Source: Spirogloea muscicola
Lineage: Eukaryota
DNA length: 39,123 nt
Direction of reading: 5' to 3'
NCBI GenBank assembly: GCA_009602725.1
Contig: WELB01000003.1
Location: forward strand, 1,544,524 to 1,583,646
Part shown: positions 12,215 to 22,254 of the stretch, in pieces
How positions within the stretch are numbered: position 1 is the stretch's first letter
Layout: each line of letters starts with the position of its first letter
Notes under the pieces: generated by a model
The model's input: only the letters and a program-made list of their open reading frames with translations
Told to the model about the DNA's origin: nothing
Databases searched by the model: none
Made by a program: the position numbers and the translations under genes

Positions 12215-15200
12215 ATGCAAGACAAATGGCACTGGCCCAGGAAGCAGGTCGAGGAGAACTCGCCGTCCCGCAAGTGCGGCATGCCCCTCAAGAAGGAGAC
12301 GTCCACGCGGCGTGTCTTCCATGCCTTCATCATGGACGTCGGCGTCGCCCTCAAGATGTACCGAGCCCATGCAGACCTGCCCACTGACTTCTCCACGAGC
12401 AGAATAACTCATTCGTTCCTCGACTGTCTGGGCGTAGCGTCTCATGACGGCTTCTGCATGGAACCGACAGCGCTTTCCACAGCCATCGTTGAAGCCTTCT
12501 CTTCCTTGCTGTCGTTGTTAAGACATGACATGGGGGATCTCTTTGCCGAACCGAAAGTGGTTATGGTCAGAGTACAGCATGTTGACGCCCGTGCATGGGC
12601 TGACGCGTCGCAGGAACCCATATGCCATTGCCACCGCCATCGTGTACTGGCAACGGTTCTACCTCTGCCAGTCCCTCACTAAAAGTGATCCTCACGTGAG
12701 TCAGTGGTACATGGGTCGCGACACATATGCAAGAGTTCTCGCTGGTGGCTCATCCTACATAAGCAGAACTTTGCGTTGTTGCTAGGCTGGCATGCTTTTC
12801 CTGGTCATGACAAGGTTTGCAGGGTGTAGGGCACATGATGCTGTGAGCCAAGCATACGAGATGTGATGTAAGGTCATGTCAGTAGACCGGCGCTCATGTT
12901 GCTTGAAGATGGTAGCAGGGGTCAAAAGATGCAGGACCATGCAGCATGTCAAGCTGCAGTTTGTGCGAGCAGAATCTGGGGAGGTAGCTTGTCAATCTGC
13001 AGTTTTGACAAGCGTACATCTCGGTGCTTTTTGGGTTCCGCAGTTGATAGCTGCTGCGTGCCTCCTCCTTGCGGGCAAAGTTGATGAGGACTTCCGCTAC
13101 CTCAAAGATGTTGTGGTCAAGGCTTACGTGCTCAAGATGAAGAAGGACCCCGCCGCTGTGCAAGCCATCAAGCGTGAGGTACTTGAAGCAGGCAGTACGA
13201 AGAGGTCACACAGATGCAGACAGGGGTTTACTATGGAGGATCTGCACCGAGCAACTAGGGAGAAATTTGCACTGAGTCAGCAGACTGGTGGCACCTGTTG
13301 GGCTGTTCATCGCGTGAATCTCTGTGATAAGTGTTTGACGTTCAATGATGTGTTGGGGTTCTGGCGTCATGTTTAGTGTTTTAGGCCCCTTCAACGTTCA
13401 CACTCCTGCCTGGCATGTTCGGTTTGCAGGATGTTTTCATCCGTGAAAAGGAGCTTGTTCTCCAAGCAGAGGCTCTGCTCCTGCAAACGCTCGACTTTGA
13501 CCTGAAAATCAATCATCCGTACATCCCGCTGGCTAACATGCTGAAGAAGCTTGGACTGGCCAATCCCAAGAAGCCCACTGCAAATCAAATGTGCCAAATT
13601 GCCTGGAACTTTGTCAATGACAGGTATACACCTATAAGCCCACATGGGAGGGTTTGCCTTGGCATGCCAAGCTGACTGTTGCAGCAAAGTGCTGCTACTT
13701 GCCTGGAGTAGTCTGAGCACTTAGGCCACGTTTACTCCAGAGAGCATTGTCCTCTGTGGCCTAGGACTATGAGTAGTCTTCATCATTTGTCAAAGTATAG
13801 TTGCTCTGTCTGAGCTGTGCCCTTGCACTCTGTGCGGATTTGGCACGAGAGCAGCATGCGCACCACGCTGTGCCTGCAGCCCTATTCGCCACAAGACATT
13901 GCCATGGCCTGTATCAATCTGGCCGCTGTCTCTCTCCACTACAAGCTGCCCGCCTCTCAAGATGGTCAGCCTTGGTGGAAGCAGTTCGGCACTTACTCAC
14001 TTTCTGCTGAAGCTCTCAAAGGTATATATCAACCCATGGCCAGAGTCAGTTGGAGTCAAGCAACTGTATGTACATGTCTTTACGATAAATTTAGCCTCTT
14101 CACAAGACAGCCGCTCAGGTGACGAGGCTAACAAACAGCGCTCTAGATTATTTGGATAAGTATCAGCTTACTAGTCTTGCTTGTTAGTTACCAGGGCATG
14201 TAAAGTGGTTCTATCCTCTCGTGCCTTGCTAAATCAGGGCACATTTGTCGTTATAGATTCTTATAACATATGTTGAGTGTGATTTTGGATGTACGTCAAA
14301 GTGTTTTCTCTCTTGTTGCAGCTCTGAGCAAAGCCAAATCTAATGGTCTGTTCCTTATATGTGTCGTGCAGACATTGAGGGTCAGATCATGTCCCTGTAT
14401 AAGAAGAAGGATGGAAGCAGCAATACGCCGTCGTCCTGCGTGGTAGTGTCAGCAGTGACATCGCGGCCGTCCATGGATACAGCGTCAGCTGACAAGAAGC
14501 GCCCATTGCTGACTGCAAAGTCGGGTCCTTTCGAACACGGAGAGTCCCAGCCGGCTCTTCCCATGAAGCAAAGGGTGGCCTCAGAATCAGCGAATCAGCA
14601 GCAAGAGGCAGATGCTTCTCATGGCCAGGCCCTCAAGGCTCCTGCGGTTGTCATGGAGGACGGGCCAAGGCGGTCAGCAGGGGCAAAGGAGCATGGCCTC
14701 TTGATGCTGTCAGTGGACCCCGTGGAAAGTGTTCAGGGCGAGGTAGAAGTGCAGGAGGGGCAGCAGGCTCTTGGTGCCCCCAAGACTAAGGGAGAGCTGA
14801 AGGAGGGCGACTCAGACATCAGTTCCCTGGAGGAGGGGGAAGTGAAGTCGGCGGAGCAGTTGCAGGAGGGTGTCTTGGTTGAGGAGGACAAGGTGCCCTG
14901 TGCCACTTTGCAGATTGAAGGTGTTGGTGTTGAGGTGTGCCCTGCAAGCAATTGCACGATCACGGTGCGGAGCGAAGATGGAGGTGCAGGTGGCATTTCA
15001 CCTGTGGCTCCTCAAGAGTTGTGTGTGCTTTCAGAAGTTCCACCAGATTTTGTCAGCGAGGGCCAGTCCGTAGCCGCCATTAGCCCCGGCCGGAAGAGGA
15101 GCCCAGCTGCTGCAGGCGGTGGAAATGATGTGGTGAAGCGGTGTTGCGTTGAGTTGGTCGGCAAGGTGGAGGTGACGGGTGAGGAGAGATTAGTCCAGGT

Positions 15201-15237
15201 CCGGGAGCAGATTGTGAGGGCCATTGCGCCTGTTTAG
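12215..15237 (+). CDS. CYCT1: Cyclin T-like protein (P-TEFb cyclin family). Exons 12215-12357, 12614-12695, 13044-13178, 13430-13623, 13855-14021, 14372-15237
   Basis: W..R.QVEENSPSR...KKE; AIATAIVYWQRFY..QS; LLLAGKVDE; E.LLLQTLDFDL...HPY; AWNFVNDSMRTTLCLQ; a long low-complexity C-terminus. All introns are GT-AG. An N at 12154 makes the true start uncertain. Confidence 0.9.
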
Positions 15238-15853
15238 TCAGAAGGATCTTTAAGAGCAGTGTGCACATATTCACACTTGGTCATTTAATAGGACCGTAGC
15301 TCTCTTCAGGTGCATTCTGCTTCCTCTGACATTTATCGTGTCGGACTTTAGTCATCAAATTGTGACTGCCAGGGGGACTTGACTGTGTCATTTTCCTTCC
15401 TGCCTTAGCCTCTCTTCAAAAACTTCTTAGACTTTGTGCTGAGTCGGGCAGGGCAAGCAGCTTTGGCCCTCAAGCTGCATGCTCCAGAAGGCATTGGTAC
15501 ACAGAACTGTTGGAGAGAACTGATTTATTCAGCTTGGATAGACTTGTTGACTGTGCATTCTTTATGCGGCATGGCCATGCCTCACCCCTTTGTGGTTGCT
15601 AAATTAAGTATGTGTAATCGGAACAAGCATGCATTTATTACAAGCTTGTGCAGTGGTGAGCACCTGGATGTTGATCACGTGGGCAAGTATGCCGAGTGGG
15701 CTAGACAGGGAGCAGCATCCTTTTGAATGCAGGTGTGCAATGTACCTGCAGACTGACCGATGATGCCAAAATGGGATGCGAGCTTGAGCGTACGCCCTCA
15801 GCTCTCAGCAGCGGCCAAAGACTTCTGGCTGTAGGGGCCAGACCCTGCTGGTG

Positions 15854-17545
15854 CTATCCAAGCCAACTGGTTGTGGTCCGGCCGCCTGATGCACCTACGG
15901 CCTTCCTGATGCTGATCTTTTCATTGGCATACTGGCCCTGGAGACGCTCAAACGATGTGACATCGAGCTTCCCAGCAAGGCCCCGACCACCGTGCTTGCG
16001 AGCAAGCTGCTGCTCCTTGCTGGCAAGGTACAACTTCAGGATCGCAGCCCGTTGAGTTGCTGTGAAGCGTGCGGCGTGGTCATGGGCGTGCTTCACCAGC
16101 ATGTCTATTGCCGTCTGGGCCCTGCAGGAGGGCGGCCCATCATGTTGGCCAAGTGAGACAGATTTCAGGGCAGCCAAAGGACTGCAGTCAAGGACTGTGA
16201 GATTGGGCTCAAGGACTATAGAAACATGGGCTGTACCATTGTTTGGTCTGGCTGATCAGATGTATACATTCTTTGGTCTGGCTAATCAGATCCATGCATT
16301 GGGGCTGAGGTTGACTTGGAGATTCGCTGAATAATACGCATTTGGTGATGAAAGTTCGGGGCTCACCATAGGAGCTTGTAGCGCGCGGCCGCCGTGCTGA
16401 CACAGTGCAGAAGAGCCTCCCGCCGCTCCGAGGTTAAGCGCCGCGCAGCTGCCTCCTGCTGCCGGGCGGCTGCCTCCTCCTCTCTCCGCCGCCGCGCCCG
16501 GTCCTCCTTGCGTGATGGCTTGGCAACGAGCTCCTTAAGGCCAAATGGATCGCTCTCCATTAATCGCAGTCCGAAGGGATCATCGGCCTCTGCCTGTGAC
16601 GCCGAGATCGTCGTCCCTTCACTCGACGGGCCTGGAGGCTGCAGCTCGTCTGTTGCCGCGCTTGACAAGTCAACTCCTGGCCTTATCTCCTGTTCGCCAG
16701 CGGCTGTCGGCAGCTCTGATGCGCCTGCGGCACTTGAAGCGCGCTCCTCAGCGTCCTCCTCGGCAGTCACCTCTGGCAGCCCCTCAATCTCCTGCCGCAC
16801 CTTCCCCGTCACCTTGGAGAACTGCACACCATAATCCAGAGGGTTAAGGCAAGTTTGAGGTCTTGCAATTGCACACTCGCTTAGCACACGTACTGCCAGG
16901 TATCTCTTGGCAAGGCAGGCCAGCGGCTCGCACAAAGCCCGGGGTGATGACCAGCCGCCAACAAAGCCCACTAGCCATTCCTCGCCTGCCATGGCATATA
17001 CTGACCATGCTGACCATGCTGGCCACAATTATGCGAGCGGCTCCGCCGCACAGTTGAGTTCCTGGCTTTATTGGGAATGACAGACGGCTTCGAGATTGTC
17101 TCAGGCTGTCCAGGGTCGAGAAACGAGGGCTCGAAGCCTAGACTCTACTATCAGCACGTCGTCAAGTTGACTGCTCGAGTCTGCAGGACATAAGAGGTGC
17201 GGACCTCAAAGGGGTCGTCGGTGAAGAGTTGGTTTGCGAGGTCAGCCCACAGGAGCCACACGCGGAGCTGGCGCTGCTGCTCCTCCGGGAAGGGCTGCGG
17301 AAAGGAAAGCGAGTGCCGCCAGGTTGCTGCCAATGGCTGGGCATAACAGTTGTAGAATCTATCGATTGAATGCAACGATCATGAATTCCCGTTTGGGGGA
17401 GGCAGGATTCGAACCCCCGACCTCCAGGCGCTCGCCGGCGGCGGCGAAGAGCGCGCGGTACTCGGCGCGCCCGGCGGGCGCGGTGGCGGCCGGCGGATCG
17501 GCCATGGCCGCGGCGAGGACGGCGAAGAAGGCGGGCGCGGCGGCG
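15854..17545 (-). CDS. Protein of unknown function, probably a conserved plant family (5' end lost in gap); at least 4 exons
   Basis: In-frame spliced product: ...FFAVLAAAM...RLE|PFPE...LANQLFTDDPFE|FSK...DDPFGL...YKLLW|AQTAIDMLVKHA...YANEKISIRKAVG...WLG*. Splice sites are canonical. Confidence 0.85.
16237..16300. repeat. Two-copy 30-bp intronic tandem repeat
   Basis: cattgtttggtctggctgatcagatgtata / cattctttggtctggctaatcagatccatg. Confidence 0.85.
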
Positions 17546-18283
17546 NNNNNNNNNNNNNNNNNNNNNNNNNNNNNNNNNNNNNNNNNNNNNNNNNNNNNNN
17601 NNNNNNNNNNNNNNNNNNNNNNNNNNNNNNNNNNNNNNNNNNNNNNNNNNNNNNNNNNNNNNNNNNNNNNNNNNNNNNNNNNNNNNNNNNNNNNNNNNNN
17701 NNNNNNNNNNNNNNNNNNNNNNNNNNNNNNNNNNNNNNNNNNNNNNNNNNNNNNNNNNNNNNNNNNNNNNNNNNNNNNNNNNNNNNNNNNNNNNNNNNNN
17801 NNNNNNNNNNNNNNNNNNNNNNNNNNNNNNNNNNNNNNNNNNNNNNNNNNNNNNNNNNNNNNNNNNNNNNNNNNNNNNNNNNNNNNNNNNNNNNNNNNNN
17901 NNNNNNNNNNNNNNNNNNNNNNNNNNNNNNNNNNNNNNNNNNNNNNNNNNNNNNNNNNNNNNNNNNNNNNNNNNNNNNNNNNNNNNNNNNNNNNNNNNNN
18001 NNNNNNNNNNNNNNNNNNNNNNNNNNNNNNNNNNNNNNNNNNNNNNNNNNNNNNNNNNNNNNNNNNNNNNNNNNNNNNNNNNNNNNNNNNNNNNNNNNNN
18101 NNNNNNNNNNNNNNNNNNNNNNNNNNNNNNNNNNNNNNNNNNNNNNNNNNNNNNNNNNNNNNNNNNNNNNNNNNNNNNNNNNNNNNNNNNNNNNNNNNNN
18201 NNNNNNNNNNNNNNNNNNNNNNNNNNNNNNNNNNNNNNNNNNNNNNNNNNNNNNNNNNNNNNNNNNNNNNNNNNNNNNNNNNN
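17546..18283. other. Assembly gap (738 N) covering a GC-rich divergent promoter region
   Basis: Run of N between the minus-strand unknown gene and the MOT start codon. Confidence 0.99.
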
Positions 18284-18285
18284 CC

Positions 18286-20705
18286 ATGGCGGCCGCCGGC
18301 GGGCCGGCCGGCTGGTGGGCCGACGCGGCCCAGGGCGTCCGCGTGCCGCCGGGCCGCCTCTGGCAGGAGGTGGGCGCCCGATCCCAAGGGGCCCCCTCGC
18401 ACAGCCCACAGCAGAGTGGCCATAGATGTGGAGCTTTCCAGTTTGCCGTACGTGGTGTCTCGTGTCAGGCCGCTTGTGGATCACCTTGAGCGCTTGCTGC
18501 GCTTGCCCTTGAGCCTCGGCTGTGACTTGCACAGCCCACAGCAGAGTGTCGATAATTTTGGAGCTTTCCACTTGCCTATGCTGTGTCTCGTGTTAAGGCG
18601 TTTGTGCGTCGCCTTGAGCACGCTGCGCTCGCCGTCGAGCCTTAAGTGTGACTTTGCCGTAACGAAGATCGCCACTTGGCAATGTGGGCAGGTGAGCGGC
18701 AGCCTCGGGGACCTCGGCACGTTTCTGCCGCTCCTCCTCGGCCTCACCGTCGTCAGCGGCCTCGACTTGGGCACCACGCTCGTCGCCACCGGCGCCTACA
18801 ACATCGCGACTGGTCGCACCAGCTTTGCCCCTTGCTGCCTCCACCCCCGGCCCTCCTGCCTCCTGCCCTCTCTCTCTCTCTCTCTCCTCCCCCCCCCTTT
18901 ATCTCCCTCTTTGCGCTTCCTTCCGAACCCCATCATTTCGCCTCGCCCCCACCCTACTTGCGACCTGCAAGCCCTGCTGGCCTCCACTGTAGTATTTGTC
19001 TCTTGTAGAGAACCGTTGCATAGTGCAGGCCAGGCCCACAACTTGCCAGGGCAGCCCCAGCCAGGCTCATGACATGTTCTGTTGTTGCCCTGCCCCTGCT
19101 TGCAGGATTCTTGTTTGGCCTGCCAATGCCTGTCCAGCCAATGAAGTCCATTGCTGCAGTGGCGCTATCAGAAGGAGAACCCCTGACTGTGCCGCAGATC
19201 ATGGCCGCCGGCATGAGCACCGCAGCCGTCATGCTCGTGCTATCGCTCGCTGGTATGATAAAGATCAGGTCACGCCAACGTGCTCTAGCTGCATCACAGC
19301 CCACCTTGGCTCTGATCAGGCTTACGGCATAGTCTAAGGCCGCTGACTTGCGCCGTCCAGGCCTGATCGACCGCGCGCACCGGGTGCTGCCGCACGGCGT
19401 CCTGCGCGGCATCCAGCTGGGCCTCGGCGTCCAGCTGGCGGTCAAGGGCATCACGCTGGCGCTGCACGACGGCCCAACCGGCCGCCTGCGGCCCTGGCTG
19501 GGCGTAGACAGCTTGGCCGTCGCGGCGGGAGCGGCCGCCCTGGTGGCCCTGGCCGGCCAGGTCAACGCAGGCTGCGACGAACCTGCGGTCGGCAGCAGCG
19601 GCCAGGGCCGGGCGCCTGTTCCCACCGCCATTGTCCTGCTGCTTGGCGGCCTGGCGCTGGCCTTCGCCACTGACCCGTCAGTCTGGCGGCGGCTGCGGCT
19701 AGGGCCGACGGCGCCGCACCTCATCGCCATCTCCTGGCAAGACCTGCGAGTGGGCTTCTTGCGCGGAGCCGTGCCACAGATCCCGCTCACGCTCCTCAAC
19801 TCGGTCTTTGCCGTCTGCGACCTGTCCAACAACCTCTTCCCGGAGCGGCGCAAGTGCCGCCCTGGTATCGTAGCGGCAAGGTGAGCGGGCGCTGCTTCAT
19901 GCAGCGACGCCTTCTGGCAACTGCGGGCTCCCAGCACAGGCGTTGTAGCTGACATTGCTCCTGCGCTGTGCGTGCAGCGTGGGCGTGCTGAATCTGTGCG
20001 GCTGCTGGGCGGGCGCCATGCCCGTGTGCCACGGTGCCGGCGGCCTGGCCGCGCAGTACCGCTTCGGCGCGCGCTCGGGTGCGTCCGTCCTCTTCCTCGG
20101 TGCTGGCAAGGCGCTCCTCGGCCTGACCTTTGGCGGCTCGCTCGTCCACCTCCTTGAGGCGAGTCTTTGTCGGTGGCCGACGAGCCCCGCCCCCTATCCC
20201 TTCCCTTCTGCGCCGTGGCACAGTTACGGTGCTCAGATTCACCGCTTGCCAGCATCGGTCTTACTATCTTCAGTATCACATCCTGATCTTGAAGTGAACA
20301 GAGAGCTAACCCCAGAAGTTGACCTTCGTTTAAGATGTTTTGTCAAAATCAGCTGAGAAGATTGGGCTGGTTGCTGATCTTCTTGCCCCACCTCTGCAAG
20401 ATGTGCAGCTCTTTCCCAAGTCGCTGCTTGGCGTGCTGCTGCTCTTCTCGGGCCTGGAGCTGGCGGTTGTGGCACTGGACTTGCCTTCGCGTGAGGACGG
20501 GATGCTTGCGGTACTCACCGCAGCCGCCAGCCTCCCCGGCAAGAGCACTGCCGGGGGCTTTGCTGCGGGCATGGCCATGGCGATGCTGCTTTGGCTTGGT
20601 CGGCAATGTCATGACCGCGAATGCGAGGTCAACAGCTACGAGCGACTACCGACCAGCGGCAGTGAGGGAGAAGCGGGCCATGCGCGTGCAAGCTCGCTCG
20701 CTTGA
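18286..20705 (+). CDS. MOT1: Molybdate transporter, MOT1/MOT2 family. Exons 18286-18369, 18692-18812, 19106-19252, 19361-19880, 19978-20158, 20409-20705
   Basis: EVSGSLGDLGTFLP; FGLPMPVQPMKSIAAVAL; RGIQLGLG; PQIPLTLLNSVFAVC; AMPVCHGAGGLAAQYRFGARSG; FPKSLLGVLLLFSGLELA. Confidence 0.95.
18399..18657. repeat. Two-copy about 130-bp tandem duplication in MOT intron 1
   Basis: gcacagcccacagcagagtg...ggagctttcca...gtgtctcgtgt...ccttgagc...tgtgactt starts at 18399 and again at 18529. Confidence 0.9.
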
Positions 20706-21764
20706 GCTCGTAGATGCCATCATCTGTGCGCCGCCCACTAAGCCCTTTGTCCCAGCTGCCCATATGAGCATTTCCTGCAAGCTGCGCTGCAGCTTGTGGT
20801 CCTGATCTCTGGCTGCCTTACGCTCTATGGACTGCTTCAAGTCGCCTCCATGCTGCTGCCCGTGGTGCTCATGAGGTAGTCAACTAGACGGTCGTGCATG
20901 CGGGTTGCCGAGAAGCAACGTCAATTTGCTTAATGTGCAGTCTTCTACGGCTTCAGGTCACCGGTGGTGAGAAAGATGGGTATTGCACATGGAAGTATAT
21001 CCAGTACACATTGCTGGACCTGCACGAGGCACGGGCTGAGACGGCAGGGGCAGCCATTGCTCAAGACTCACCAGAGGCCTTGCCGTCATAGGGCAGCTCA
21101 CAGAGGATAAGAACCGCAGTATTGGGATCGGCGGCTGTGGGTGCAAGAAGGACTTAGAAAGCACCCTCGCGCTACCCCAGGGCCTCTTGACCTGATCTTG
21201 ACCGCAAGCGGCCGGCTGCAAGCTGCACGAGCAACTGAGCTTGCTTACTGCTCTTGCATGGTCCCCAACATTGGCGGAATCCCTGCAGCCTTTTGCTGCG
21301 TCAAGTCGAGTGCCACTTCTCATGTAAGGTGTGCCTGCTCATCACGGCTACGGCGGAGGACGATCTCGGCATCTCCATAATACTCTGCTAATCAGTCGAG
21401 TGCTGCAGGGAGGTCGATCGTTGCATGGTCGCTCTGGGGGGATGGTTGCATGTGTTCTCCTCTCAGCCTCACCTATTCATTGTGCATTACAACTAATCAT
21501 ATTGGAAGGGTCATCCACAGCCCCAGCCCTTTTAGCGTGACCTGCTAGTGTTTGTGGAGCCCCTTCATAGACCACAGTCCTTTTAATGCTGAAAATTAAA
21601 AACATCAGAATTGACATGCTACCCTGACCCAGATGGCTTGACACTCAGACACCTTATTTCATCGAACCAGAGTGATTAATGGAGTCCCCTTTCACTTGTA
21701 CTCATTCTGTTACCTCAGCCCCCTATTGAATTTCAATTGTCCGTCCTATAAACAGTGTACTGGT

Positions 21765-22010
21765 CCATTGGGCCTCCCTTTGTTTGCATGCGCACGGGCG
21801 CGCCTTCACTTGCTCATTCTTTGGGCTGGCCCCCTCTGGGAGAGCTCACTTCTCTGGGCTGGCCTGTCACAGCCATTGCCTTCCATTGGAAGAGCCGTTC
21901 CTTCCTTCCTTTTCAGCACCGTATCCTCAATGGGCGAGCCCTTCTTCTCACTCTCCTTGCTCTTCCTCCCACCTCAGCTCATCTGACTTGATCACAGCCC
22001 TTGCCCCCAT
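21765..22010. repeat. Dispersed repeat family, cluster B (upstream of PDX3/NAXE)
   Basis: tctgggctggcctgtcacagccattgccttccattggaagagcc at 21853-21896. tatcctcaatgggcgagccc at 21922 matches tatcctgaatgggcgagcac at 27358. Confidence 0.75.
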
Positions 22011-22254
22011 TTCGTTTGTTCCAAATACAAGAAAATTACATTTGGAGTGCCACTTCTTCTGACTTCATGTTGCTGACACGGGGGTACGTACTGCTTAAGG
22101 GCGCCCTGTCTGCCTAGCCTGTAGCTCCACTAATGTGTTTTCGAAGGACACCCACTGTGTGCTCGTGGCTGCTTTCACAGCCGCTGTTTTAACATCAGCA
22201 GCCCGCAGTCTGTGTACTACTACGTGGAGCTTGGCCAGCTGCATCGCGGCCCCC

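Noticed and set aside
17394..17425. Intact tRNA gene
   Set aside because: Only a T-arm/3' acceptor-like half is present. The upstream sequence is coding exon with no D-arm, A-box or complementary acceptor strand.
17162..19072. Very long ORFs (302-612 aa) in the ORF track
   Set aside because: They are artefacts of reading through the 738-N gap.
18954..20279. 441-aa minus-strand ORF; also 33744-34862 (-) and 36432-37361 (+)
   Set aside because: Antisense shadows of GC-rich exons of MOT, the lactonase and transketolase, with no recognisable domains.
20750..21700. Coding-like intergenic sequence (also 11300-12130 and 6250-6900)
   Set aside because: No splice-consistent model or recognisable motif could be supported.
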